Shown: piece by piece, positions 1 through 8,640 of the stretch
How the letters are laid out: every line of letters begins with the position of its first letter
Position numbering within the stretch: position 1 is the first letter of the stretch
Virus record (IMG/VR): IMGVR_UViG_3300030419_006726
Span: 1-64,000 of that record
Origin: a virus
Length of the DNA: 64,000 bases
Strand: one strand, 5' to 3'
Position numbers and translations under genes: made by a program
The notes under the pieces: generated by a model
The model's database searches: none
Seen by the model: the letters and a program-made list of their open reading frames with translations, nothing else
What the model was told of the DNA's origin: nothing

Positions 1-14
1 ACCTGAAGCTGACC

Positions 15-473
15 ATGGAAGAATGGGATGCGCTACTCGACCCAGAAGCACTCCGGGTTGATTTGCAAATTGTTGATGTGCTCGTGCTCGCTGGGCTTGC
101 CGAGTGGGACATTGGCGAGCATGCCCGTGATGAGGGCGACTGGCTATTGACCGATTTGGGTCGCGATGCTCGCGATGCGATTGACATGATTTTTGATTGG
201 AGCGAGTTCGCGTATCGGACAGACAGGCCCATCGCAGAGGCTGACACGGTAGAGCTTGCCCCTGAACTTAGGCGCATGACCGTGGGCTCTCTGGTGCGGC
301 ACAAGACCACTGGTGGCGTCGGCCTTATTACCCAGCATGGAATGTGGGATGCCGACTGGGGCTCGTTTCGCGTGCAGTTTAACAAGCCGGTCGATAATGT
401 AATTGATGGTCGAGTGGTCAATCAATTGAACCACGTTACCGACCGTGCCGATAAGTTTGAGTTCACATACTAA
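15..473 (+). CDS. hypothetical protein with C-terminal KOW/SH3-like module
   Basis: ORF track; C-terminal MTVGSLVRH..GVGLI..FRVQF pattern; may begin upstream of the window. Confidence 0.6.
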   Translation: MEEWDALLDPEALRVDLQIVDVLVLAGLAEWDIGEHARDEGDWLLTDLGRDARDAIDMIFDWSEFAYRTDRPIAEADTVELAPELRRMTVGSLVRHKTTGGVGLITQHGMWDADWGSFRVQFNKPVDNVIDGRVVNQLNHVTDRADKFEFTY

Positions 474-486
474 AAAGGAGAAAATC

Positions 487-783
487 GTGAAAGCAGTGAA
501 AAATCAAGAAGTTGTACGTGCCTGGAGTCGAGGAGAGGCAGCGAGAAACCATAAGGGCTCGCTCGTCGCCATGGACTCAGGTGAATTGTATTCGTATGGG
601 TTGAAAATCGGGCAGTACCTCAAGGGAAACGCAGTGCTGTGCGACTACACCGCGAAAAGCGGTGGGTTCTACTCGATGACCACCTCGCAGCATGTGGGCC
701 TTGCCCGTCGTCATGCTGATTTGGTGATGCATCCAAAAATTTGGGAAGCCTCGCCAATGAGCAAGGATGAAGTTCCATTTTGA
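487..783 (+). CDS. hypothetical phage protein
   Basis: GTG at 487 preceded by AAGGAG SD, preferred over the 445 start. Confidence 0.7.
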   Translation: MKAVKNQEVVRAWSRGEAARNHKGSLVAMDSGELYSYGLKIGQYLKGNAVLCDYTAKSGGFYSMTTSQHVGLARRHADLVMHPKIWEASPMSKDEVPF

Positions 784-808
784 ACTAATTAAAAGAAAGT
801 TCATAATT

Positions 809-839
809 CTTTGAATATTTCGGCGCTGCCAACGTCTAA
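809..839 (+). promoter_or_regulatory. ECF-sigma-like promoter, copy 1
   Basis: CTTTGAATA-N14-ACGTCTAA with AT-rich upstream tract; same motif at 2127, 3001, 4240. Confidence 0.8.
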
Positions 840-877
840 CCTATGGTTAGACGGCAAACGCCGAGGAGGTTAACCGC

Positions 878-1699
878 ATGGCTCGTATCTCTTGGAAAAC
901 GCGCTTCGATTCTATGCTCGCGAACCCGCTGCTGGTGGGTCGCGACCGTACATTCATGGAATCCCTGCATCGTCACTGGAGTGGTGGTAAGGCGATGACC
1001 AAGGGGCGCAAGTTCCACTTTCTCAAAATGGAAGAGAAGCTGGAGCGCATGGCGAAAGCCAAGCCCGCCGATGCTGCGCTTGCTGCGCGGCTTGAGCGCG
1101 TTCTGACTCGCACTGGCGAGCGTTCCTGGGCTCGTGGCTTCTGTGAGTCCCTCGTGACTCAGAACCTCTCTGGGCGCCTTCTGAGCGATAAGCAGATGTC
1201 TATCCTGGGCAAAATTGAGGAGGAGCACAGTGATGAAACACTCGCCTCGCGTCAGACCTGGGCGACTGATTACGCGGCAAAGCATCGCGTGACTGCTATT
1301 AAGGTCGCAAAATATTATCAAACAAGCGTATATTTCGGTGACCTTGTGGAGAAGATTTTGAATGACGGTGAATTCGTCCCGACCATGAAGCAGTTCAACG
1401 CGATGACTGAGAACAAGTACGCGAAGAAGGTGCTCGCAGGCTACGAGGCTGCACCCAAGTACGCGAAGGGCTCATATGTCACTCTTCGCTCTACTGCTCC
1501 GAGTTCTGCCCGGTGGCCCGGTGGTGTCGGACGTGGAAAGCGTCTCGATAATTCCACGGTGTGCATCGTGTTGAGCACCGACGAAGACATCACCAGCGCA
1601 TGCGCCGGAAACAAGCGGTATAAGCTACTGCCAGTGGGCGGCGCTCAGACCGTCACCCTTGAGGAACGATACATGAAGAAGGCGCGGGGTGTGAAGTGA
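878..1699 (+). CDS. hypothetical protein with C-terminal SH3-like domain
   Basis: GGAGG SD; 273 aa; KYAKGSYVTL..CIVLS pattern. Confidence 0.8.
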   Translation: MARISWKTRFDSMLANPLLVGRDRTFMESLHRHWSGGKAMTKGRKFHFLKMEEKLERMAKAKPADAALAARLERVLTRTGERSWARGFCESLVTQNLSGRLLSDKQMSILGKIEEEHSDETLASRQTWATDYAAKHRVTAIKVAKYYQTSVYFGDLVEKILNDGEFVPTMKQFNAMTENKYAKKVLAGYEAAPKYAKGSYVTLRSTAPSSARWPGGVGRGKRLDNSTVCIVLSTDEDITSACAGNKRYKLLPVGGAQTVTLEERYMKKARGVK

Positions 1700-1941
1700 T
1701 GAGCTATCACGGAATGGACTTTATGGTGAACAAGGTGGACGGTGAAAAAGAATTTTCACCCCACCCATGGACCGGCGAATTTATTGGAAAACTAATTGCA
1801 GACCATATTAAAAATGGTCGAGCCGACGAAGCTATAGGTTTATGGCGAGGTATCGCCCGTTGGCCGAAAACCCTTGACACTGCTAAAAGATTTATTGAGC
1901 CCGATTACGTTCAGTGGCTTGAAATTAAAGTTAAGTGGTAA
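1696..1941 (+). CDS. hypothetical protein
   Basis: start overlaps the stop of the upstream gene. Confidence 0.55.
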   Translation: MMSYHGMDFMVNKVDGEKEFSPHPWTGEFIGKLIADHIKNGRADEAIGLWRGIARWPKTLDTAKRFIEPDYVQWLEIKVKW

Positions 1942-1973
1942 CAATTCCGTTCCTTGATATGGGGGGTTGTAAT

Positions 1974-2117
1974 ATGCTTTACAAGGTATTTGTGGATGGC
2001 GTGCTAAAAGAGAGCACACGCAGCGCGAACAGAGCGTTCGACTTGTGGCAAAGGCTGGTGGACTTCACCGGTCCAGAAACCAGGGTAAAACTCTGTTATG
2101 AGATTATTTCAAAATAA
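1974..2117 (+). CDS. small hypothetical protein
   Basis: ATG 1974 after a G-rich SD-like run; MLYKVFVDGVLKES. Confidence 0.5.
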   Translation: MLYKVFVDGVLKESTRSANRAFDLWQRLVDFTGPETRVKLCYEIISK

Positions 2118-2126
2118 ATTAAATTT

Positions 2127-2157
2127 CTTTGAATAATTTGAATTTTGACACGTCTAA
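2127..2157 (+). promoter_or_regulatory. ECF-sigma-like promoter, copy 2
   Basis: CTTTGAATA-N14-ACGTCTAA, intergenic. Confidence 0.8.
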
Positions 2158-2184
2158 TCGGTGTCTAACAAAATTGGAGGCTCT

Positions 2185-2934
2185 ATGTCTTGGAACGGAA
2201 CTGTAACCTGTAGCTACTGCTACCAGCGCGGCCACAATCGCCGCTCCTGCCCCGAAATTACCGCGAATGTGCAAGCTGAGTACGACGAGGCTCGCCAATG
2301 GCTTGCGAACGCAGAGAAAGACCCCGATAGCAACAATGTTGACTACTGGACCGGGCGTGTCGATAGGCACGCGAAGGAGCTTGCGAAGCGCACAGGCGTG
2401 GACCCTCGCACGGGTAAGAAGGTCAAGAAGAAGAATACGACTTGTGGCTACTGTTACGAGCAGGGGCACAATCGGCGCTCCTGTCCCAAGCGTAAAGCAG
2501 ACCGCGCAGCAGCAGTCGAGAAAACCGCAACCATGCGAACGGCGGCTGTCGAGTACCTCAAGGCGAAAGGCTTGGCTGTCGGCTCGTTCATCAGGGGCGA
2601 GGTTTACGTTCCAGGCCAAGGCTACACGGTGCATCCTTGTGTCGTTACCGATATCAGGTGGCAGAATTGGTCCTCTGTGACCCCTGGTGCACAGATTTTC
2701 GTATACGAGCGACTCGCCCAGTTGGGCAATAATGCTCGTAAGCAGGCTTTCGGCTTCGATGGTGAGTGCCCACAGGTTCAGGAAATTTTGTTGCCATCCG
2801 GCAGCGGCTCCCGCGCATGGCGTTACGAACACATCGAAATTCTCGGACCTCTGACCGCTTCACAGGTCGAGGCGCAGATTCCGAGCGACTGGACCAAAGG
2901 CCATTCGGACAAGATTAACGAGAGCATCAAGTGA
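2185..2934 (+). CDS. double CCHC zinc-knuckle nucleic-acid-binding protein
   Basis: CSYCYQRGHNRRSC and CGYCYEQGHNRRSC; GGAGG SD before ATG 2185. Confidence 0.8.
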   Translation: MSWNGTVTCSYCYQRGHNRRSCPEITANVQAEYDEARQWLANAEKDPDSNNVDYWTGRVDRHAKELAKRTGVDPRTGKKVKKKNTTCGYCYEQGHNRRSCPKRKADRAAAVEKTATMRTAAVEYLKAKGLAVGSFIRGEVYVPGQGYTVHPCVVTDIRWQNWSSVTPGAQIFVYERLAQLGNNARKQAFGFDGECPQVQEILLPSGSGSRAWRYEHIEILGPLTASQVEAQIPSDWTKGHSDKINESIK

Positions 2935-3000
2935 TTAAACCCACAGTCGAATCTAATTATTTTTAGGAGATTCAAATTATTTTCAGATTTTCTCAAAATA

Positions 3001-3032
3001 CTTTGAATAAAACCGGCACCTGCCACGTCTAA
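3001..3032 (+). promoter_or_regulatory. ECF-sigma-like promoter, copy 3
   Basis: CTTTGAATA-N15-ACGTCTAA, intergenic. Confidence 0.8.
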
Positions 3033-3076
3033 CTAGCGTAGCAAGTTAAGGATACCAAACCCCCTGGAGGCCCATC

Positions 3077-4165
3077 ATGGCAGTCGATTTCGCAACTTTT
3101 CTTTCCACCGCTCCTTTCATTCTCGATGCGCGTCTGCCGATTCTCATTCGCGGGCGTCACGGTGTCGGCAAGTCTCAGGTGGTCTACATGATTGCAGACC
3201 AGTCCTTGAAGTTGCCCGTCATCGAGCGCCGTGCGTCTCAGATGACCGAGGGCGACCTTCTCGGCCTGCCCGACAATCGCGATGTCGAGGTCAATGGTCG
3301 CAAGGCGACCACCTGGAACGCCCCTGACTGGCTGGTGCAGGCTTGCACCGAGCCCGTTTGCCTGTTCTTGGACGAGGTGGACCGTGCGACTCCAGAGGTT
3401 CGCCAGGGTCTTTTCGAGTTGACCGATTCCCGTAAAATCAACGGGTGGCACTTGCACCCTGAGACTCGCATCATCGCAGCCGTCAACGGTGGCGAGCATG
3501 GCTCGCAGTATCAGGTGGGCGAGATGGACCCGGCAGAGCTTGACCGGTGGACCGTGTTCGACGTGGAGCCCACTGTCGAGGACTGGCTCAAGTGGGCCAA
3601 GTCCAACGTCAGTACGGTGGTTTGGGACTTCGTGAACCAGAATCACAATCACCTTGAGCACGCGGGCGACTTTGAGCCTAACAAGGTGTACCCGTCTCGT
3701 CGGTCCTGGCACCGCTTCGACGGCACGTGCGCTGGTGGCTCCCTGCTCGATGACAAGTCGAACCTTGACACGGTTTTCAACCTTGCCTGTGCCTTCGTCG
3801 GCTTTGAGGCCGCCGTCGCGCTCCGTGACTTCGTTGAGAAGTACGAGAAGCAAGTGACCGTCCAAGACATCCTCGATGATGGCAAGGTCGAGCTTACCGC
3901 AGAGTGGGGTATCAATGACCACGCCGCTATGATTGAGAAGATGGAGGCAAGCGAGGCCCTCAAGCCTGCTCTGTCCGATGACCAGATTCAGAATCTGACC
4001 AATTACTTCGTCACTCTGCCTTCCGAGGTGGCTATGAAGCTGTGGACCGTCCTTGGCGAGTCCGATGATGTCCAGAACACCATCAAGCTCCATCAGGCGA
4101 CCTCTACGGACGGTGTGAGCGTCAGCGAGCACCTTGTCGAGCTACTGGGTGGCGGCGCGTCCTAA
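3077..4165 (+). CDS. MoxR-type AAA+ ATPase (AAA_5-like)
   Basis: Walker A GRHGVGKS, Walker B LFLDEVDR, IIAAVN sensor, DPAELDRW Arg finger. Confidence 0.9.
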   Translation: MAVDFATFLSTAPFILDARLPILIRGRHGVGKSQVVYMIADQSLKLPVIERRASQMTEGDLLGLPDNRDVEVNGRKATTWNAPDWLVQACTEPVCLFLDEVDRATPEVRQGLFELTDSRKINGWHLHPETRIIAAVNGGEHGSQYQVGEMDPAELDRWTVFDVEPTVEDWLKWAKSNVSTVVWDFVNQNHNHLEHAGDFEPNKVYPSRRSWHRFDGTCAGGSLLDDKSNLDTVFNLACAFVGFEAAVALRDFVEKYEKQVTVQDILDDGKVELTAEWGINDHAAMIEKMEASEALKPALSDDQIQNLTNYFVTLPSEVAMKLWTVLGESDDVQNTIKLHQATSTDGVSVSEHLVELLGGGAS

Positions 4166-4175
4166 GCCCTTGAAA

Positions 4176-4212
4176 GCCCTCTCAGAGCGTCTGAGAGGGC
4201 ACACTTTTATTT
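4176..4212 (+). terminator. probable intrinsic terminator
   Basis: 11-bp perfect hairpin GCCCTCTCAGA-gcg-TCTGAGAGGGC followed by ACACTTTTATTT. Confidence 0.65.
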
Positions 4213-4239
4213 GGAGAAAATGAGATAAAATGAAAAAAA

Positions 4240-4270
4240 CTTTGAATATTGACGGTCCTGGCACGTCTAA
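4240..4270 (+). promoter_or_regulatory. ECF-sigma-like promoter, copy 4
   Basis: CTTTGAATA-N14-ACGTCTAA upstream of ATG 4299. Confidence 0.8.
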
Positions 4271-4298
4271 GGGGTGTCCAACAAGTGATGGGAGTCCT

Positions 4299-5525
4299 AT
4301 GTCCTTCGACCTCAATAAACACGCCGCCCGCCTGCTCATGCAGGAGCCGTTTTTCGCAGCCCTCTCTCGGACCATCGAGAAGCGGGCCACAACTGCGATT
4401 CCGACTGCCGGTGTGCGCGTGAATCCCCAATCGGCTCAGTTTGAGCTTGTTTACAATCCTGAGTTCATGGGGAGCCTGCCCGATAATCAAAAGCTGGGCG
4501 TACTCAAGCACGAGTTCTACCACTGCATTTTCGGCCATGTGACCAACCGGACACCAGAAGGTGGGCTCAAGAAGCTCGACAACGTGGCTATGGACCTCGC
4601 CATCAATTCGCACTTGCGCGGCGAGTTGCCCGAAATGTGCTGTATGCCCGGTGAGGGTCCATTCGCAGACCTGCCACGTGGCAAGTCTTACGAGTGGTAC
4701 AAGGCTGCGCTTGAGGACAAGTACAGCGACGAGAGCGAGGACGGTGACGGCGATTCTGGTGACGGCGAGGGCGAGGGCGACGGTGGTGGTTCTGGCGACT
4801 CTGGTGACGGTGATAGCTCCGGTGGTGGCGGTCTGCCCGATAGCTTCGATGACCATGGCTCATTCGGTGAGGGTGACGCGACGACTCAGCAAATCGCCAA
4901 GGAGCGGCTCAAGGCGAACGTCAAGAAAGCAGCAGAGGAAGCGCAGAAAGCGCGAAGCTGGGGCACGGTATCCGCAGAGTGCCGCAAGGAAATCATGGAC
5001 GCCATCACCAGCAAGGTGGATTGGAAGAAAGTCCTCCGCTATTTCATCAAGACCAGCACTCGCGCTAACAAGCGTTCGACGGTTCGTCGGCTCAACCGGC
5101 GTTTCCCTCGCATCCACGCAGGAAAGAAGGTCCAGCGTCAGGCGCGTATCGGCGTCTACATCGACCAGTCTGGTTCGGTGGACGATGGCATGCTGGCGAA
5201 GTTCTACGCAGAGCTAAACAAGCTGGCGAACCTCGCAGAGTTCACGGTGGTGCCCTTCGATACGCAGGTCGCAGAGGATAAAATTTATGTCTGGAAGCGT
5301 GGACAGAGCCGCACCTTTGAGCGCGTCTTGACCGGTGGCACCTGCTTTCGCTCTCCGACTGACCACTGCAACCGCGAGGGTTTCGATGGGATGATTGTCT
5401 TGACCGACCTGATGGCTCCCAAGCCTCAAGCCTGCAAGTCGCAGCGTATGTGGATGACGACCGAATATTACGCGAAGCACCCATATTTCAAGACGAATGA
5501 GCTTATCGTCGCCATTCCAGATTAG
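4299..5525 (+). CDS. DUF2201-like metallopeptidase + vWA domain protein (partner of the AAA ATPase)
   Basis: HEFYH zinc motif, acidic Gly-rich linker, MIDAS YIDQSGS, GGT and LTD; start moved to 4299 (GGAG SD, downstream of promoter). Confidence 0.88.
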   Translation: MSFDLNKHAARLLMQEPFFAALSRTIEKRATTAIPTAGVRVNPQSAQFELVYNPEFMGSLPDNQKLGVLKHEFYHCIFGHVTNRTPEGGLKKLDNVAMDLAINSHLRGELPEMCCMPGEGPFADLPRGKSYEWYKAALEDKYSDESEDGDGDSGDGEGEGDGGGSGDSGDGDSSGGGGLPDSFDDHGSFGEGDATTQQIAKERLKANVKKAAEEAQKARSWGTVSAECRKEIMDAITSKVDWKKVLRYFIKTSTRANKRSTVRRLNRRFPRIHAGKKVQRQARIGVYIDQSGSVDDGMLAKFYAELNKLANLAEFTVVPFDTQVAEDKIYVWKRGQSRTFERVLTGGTCFRSPTDHCNREGFDGMIVLTDLMAPKPQACKSQRMWMTTEYYAKHPYFKTNELIVAIPD

Positions 5526-5610
5526 GGTGATAAAATGCGTAAGCAGATAGAAGACAAAATGTTTTTGGTGGCAGAGATAACGGTTATCTCTGCTGCCTTG
5601 TATTTGGTGG

Positions 5611-5862
5611 TTGCTCGTGAAGCAGTCAGATACCAAAAGAGGAGGATTCGTGCTGCCATCAATCGGAGATTTGGTAATAGATTCGGGTCCACTTGAATTC
5701 GGATTCGGTATTGTGCTCGATGTCGATGACACAATGATGAATGAGGAATTTGTACAAGTTGCATGGTTGAAATCAGCATTGGGTATGGCAGATGGCTGCA
5801 TGTGGAGCCCTGCCGACCAATTGAAAATAGTTTCTAAAGGTCGCTGCGATGAAAGTTGGTGA
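5611..5862 (+). CDS. small KOW/SH3-like protein
   Basis: IGDLVID..GIVLDV..VQVAW..LKIVS; real start probably GTG 5650 after GGAGG. Confidence 0.65.
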   Translation: MLVKQSDTKRGGFVLPSIGDLVIDSGPLEFGFGIVLDVDDTMMNEEFVQVAWLKSALGMADGCMWSPADQLKIVSKGRCDESW

Positions 5863-6046
5863 CGTGGTAAAATATAAAAGGACAGCCAAGCCAACGCCGT
5901 CTGATTGGCGTGGAGTGCTGTACGACCGTATTGGTATTGTAACCGAGGTTTGCAGCGATTCCCGTGTGATGGTGACATATCCGGGGCTAAGATACAGCCC
6001 TTATGATTTGTTGGTTCGGGACTTAGAACTTATTTCAGAGGCATAA
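5849..6046 (+). CDS. small KOW/SH3-like protein
   Basis: MKVGDVVKY..GIVTEV..LELIS. Confidence 0.75.
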   Translation: MKVGDVVKYKRTAKPTPSDWRGVLYDRIGIVTEVCSDSRVMVTYPGLRYSPYDLLVRDLELISEA

Positions 6047-6050
6047 TTAA

Positions 6051-6305
6051 ATGGCATTAAAAATGTTTAAGAACAAAAAGGTTAGCCCTAAACTTGGTGA
6101 TTTGGTGCGCCCACGCATGATTGCCGATATGACAGGTATCGTGGTGGAAATCAGGGACAATGAGGAGGACGTAGAGAGTGAATATTATAAAAACGAGCCT
6201 CGAAAAATTTTTGTTGTCAGGTGGATGCATGGGCATGCATGGGCCAAACAATCTATCAAAACAGAGTACCAAGCGCACCAGTTAGAAGTGATATCCAAGG
6301 CATGA
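6051..6305 (+). CDS. small KOW/SH3-like protein
   Basis: KLGDLVRP..GIVVEI..VVRW..LEVIS. Confidence 0.75.
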   Translation: MALKMFKNKKVSPKLGDLVRPRMIADMTGIVVEIRDNEEDVESEYYKNEPRKIFVVRWMHGHAWAKQSIKTEYQAHQLEVISKA

Positions 6306-6514
6306 AACAGTTAAATGTTGGCGACTTGGTGATAATCGAACACGCAGTCACAGGAACAAAACAAGGAATTGTTTTGTGTCATAATTGGCAGGAACGCAAG
6401 GTCGAAGTCTATTTAATCGGTGAGGGGAGGACGCGAACGCTGCACGACAGTCGTGTGAACGTAGTGTCGAAATGCACCAATGACCGAGGACCGAGAGCCA
6501 CAATACAAATTTAA
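6302..6514 (+). CDS. small KOW/SH3-like protein
   Basis: ATGA overlap start at 6302; LNVGDLVII..GIVL..VNVVS. Confidence 0.7.
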   Translation: MKQLNVGDLVIIEHAVTGTKQGIVLCHNWQERKVEVYLIGEGRTRTLHDSRVNVVSKCTNDRGPRATIQI

Positions 6515-6773
6515 TATTGGCCAACTTGTTATCAGGCATGGTTATCAACCATACTTGCGTGACTTGGGTATCATTGTCAGCAGAAACAGATATATTTTCA
6601 ACCTTCCAGAATACGAAATTTATTGGACGATTGAAGCAGCGAGCGAATGGCTAACGCAGTACGAACTTGATGGTTCGCTATATGTCCCTTACACCCTCGC
6701 TTATACGGTAGTCGAGGAAGGACAAGAATATAAAATAGATTTATCTTGGGACGATGGAGGCAATATGGATTGA
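6480..6773 (+). CDS. small KOW/SH3-like protein
   Basis: KFNIGQLVI..GIIVS..YEIYW. Confidence 0.7.
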   Translation: MTEDREPQYKFNIGQLVIRHGYQPYLRDLGIIVSRNRYIFNLPEYEIYWTIEAASEWLTQYELDGSLYVPYTLAYTVVEEGQEYKIDLSWDDGGNMD

Positions 6774-7000
6774 GTCTCTCGCCCAAATATAAAGTTGGTC
6801 AATTGGTATTGATGAAAGGTCTACACTCAGACCGCAGCGAAGAGATACAAGTTATCGGCATCATTACCCGCGTTCAACCTATAGAATACGATGATGAAAA
6901 TGTCGCGTATACATACCGTGTTTACTTCCAAGGCGAAGACCGAGACTATTTATACTTTGAGAACGTCTTAGATGATTTGGTCGAGGTCGTACCAGAATGA
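6746..7000 (+). CDS. small KOW/SH3-like protein
   Basis: KYKVGQLVLM..GIITRV..YRVYF; start uncertain. Confidence 0.7.
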   Translation: MGRWRQYGLSLSPKYKVGQLVLMKGLHSDRSEEIQVIGIITRVQPIEYDDENVAYTYRVYFQGEDRDYLYFENVLDDLVEVVPE

Positions 7001-7209
7001 AGTATTCGATAGGTCAATTAGTTTTTTGGACAAGCCATACATCAGGCCGCAGCCCCATCGGAATTATTCTCAAGAGAGATAAGATAAAAAAGACATATAC
7101 AATCATGTGGACGACAAGAGAACAGAACGGAATATTAACGGTGGGTGATATCATGTTAGAAAATAGCTATCACTTCTATGTATTGAGTAATGACACAGAG
7201 AGAACCTAA
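6997..7209 (+). CDS. small KOW/SH3-like protein
   Basis: MKYSIGQLVFW..GIIL..YTIMW. Confidence 0.7.
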   Translation: MKYSIGQLVFWTSHTSGRSPIGIILKRDKIKKTYTIMWTTREQNGILTVGDIMLENSYHFYVLSNDTERT

Positions 7210-7480
7210 ATACCAAGAGGGTCAATTGATATTCGATGCAGACCCATGGGTTGTTGCACCGGAGGTTGCAGGAGACGCCCTAAGCAAAGACCCGGTAGGA
7301 GTTATCGTATCAATTGGTTTCGATGTATCCTCAGAAGAACCTTTGTACGAGGTCTTTTGGAGAGCGCAGAATAAAAGAACTTATGTATTAGAAAGAATAA
7401 TAGACCACTATTGTATAGTGGTGGATGCAGAAGGCAATACTATCAACGGTGGTCCGTGGTCCCGTAGCAAAGTAAAGTAA
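7190..7480 (+). CDS. small KOW/SH3-like protein
   Basis: KYQEGQLIF..GVIVSI..YEVFW. Confidence 0.7.
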   Translation: MTQREPKYQEGQLIFDADPWVVAPEVAGDALSKDPVGVIVSIGFDVSSEEPLYEVFWRAQNKRTYVLERIIDHYCIVVDAEGNTINGGPWSRSKVK

Positions 7481-7920
7481 TTGTTTGTTAGTTATGTTGT
7501 TATCATAATAAAGAAAGATACGGTTGGTGGTATTGCGTGGGTGACTTAGTACATAGGAGCGACAGAAAGCAAGTCACATTATGTCCGTAACAATGTTACA
7601 TGTATCATGCGACAATGTGACAGCCTGCGATAGTGCAGGTTACACCTACATGTATCACGTGTGTATACAGCATGCGACAAGCCTGTAACACTGTAGCATA
7701 CCATTGTTGACAGCGAGGGTAACAGAACAGGTCCGAGGTTATATTAAAAAATACCTTAAAGAAAGTAAAGGTTAAACCTGTGTTATTGCAGAGGGAGTAC
7801 TCCTACCCCCCTCCTACCCCCGGAGGATATGTCCCTTATAACGCCGACTATCGGCGAGTGCGCTAAGGACGCGTTCACACTGCGGGCAAAATTTTTGAGA
7901 TATTAATAATTACTTAAGGA
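7481..7920. other. palindrome- and repeat-rich non-coding region (candidate origin, packaging site or ncRNA)
   Basis: no ORF of 60 aa or more; TACATGTATCA x2, CATGCGACAA x2, CTCCTACCCCC x2, several short dyads. Confidence 0.45.
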
Positions 7921-7922
7921 AT

Positions 7923-8189
7923 ATGGATAAATCAAACGTACAGTTCAAAGTTGGAGACTTGGTGATGTACAACCCAAGCACAACGTTAATCAAGTCATGG
8001 GCAGAAGGCTCACCTAGGAAATCATTAGCAGTTGTTCTAGAGGTAGATGAAGCTAGTGACTACGCGCTCATGTACTACTTTGCAAACAATCAATCCATAT
8101 GGACATTGATAAGTGAAAGATCAATGGAAAAATACGGTTGCCCGTACCGAATATTGAACAGTCCAAAAAACACCGGTAAAAAAATTTAG
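7923..8189 (+). CDS. small KOW/SH3-like protein
   Basis: FKVGDLVMY..AVVLEV; AAGGA SD. Confidence 0.7.
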   Translation: MDKSNVQFKVGDLVMYNPSTTLIKSWAEGSPRKSLAVVLEVDEASDYALMYYFANNQSIWTLISERSMEKYGCPYRILNSPKNTGKKI

Positions 8190-8192
8190 AGG

Positions 8193-8222
8193 TTGCAAAG
8201 GGCATTGGACATATGTTATAAT
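8193..8222 (+). promoter_or_regulatory. sigma70-type promoter
   Basis: TTGCAA-N18-TATAAT with TG extension. Confidence 0.55.
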
Positions 8223-8263
8223 CAAAAGGTACTGAGGGCGTATATGGGGCGGTTTAAAGCATA

Positions 8264-8614
8264 ATGATTAGTATGAAGATGGGCGCGGCTTGTGCGCTAT
8301 TCGTAATTGGGCAAACGCTGGTATGGTTCCAGCTAAATTCACAGTTCGTGTGGGACTGGTGGAAAGGTAGGCCGTTTTTAGCTACGGCATTATATTCCAT
8401 ACCAGCCGGCCTGTGCTTCTGGTTGGGTGTAAAGCTAGCTTATGAGGAAATGAACGAGGTGTGGGGTCCGCGCTTCCTGATCTTCTGCATGTCGTACATA
8501 ACGTTTCCAGTACTCACATGGTGGCTATTGAACGAAAGCATGTTCACGACCCGAACAATGCTGTGCGTGATTTTATCGTTTTGCATTATATTTGTTCAGC
8601 TATTTGGTAGATAA
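8264..8614 (+). CDS. small multi-pass membrane protein (DMT/SMR-like, about 4 TM)
   Basis: four hydrophobic segments in 116 aa. Confidence 0.65.
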   Translation: MISMKMGAACALFVIGQTLVWFQLNSQFVWDWWKGRPFLATALYSIPAGLCFWLGVKLAYEEMNEVWGPRFLIFCMSYITFPVLTWWLLNESMFTTRTMLCVILSFCIIFVQLFGR

Positions 8615-8640
8615 GCCCATGTACCCTCATACATACATAT

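Noticed and set aside
4230-4298. ORF-track starts at 4230 and 2161
   Set aside because: They lie within or right next to the conserved promoter motif; SD-bearing ATGs at 4299 and 2185 fit better.
3029-4856. Long minus-strand ORFs (3029-4132, 4182-4856, also 2119-2832)
   Set aside because: They are antisense shadows of well-supported GC-rich + strand genes, with no motifs of their own.
7580-7830. Short repeats as a mini CRISPR array
   Set aside because: Repeats are only 10-11 nt, present in two copies and irregularly spaced.
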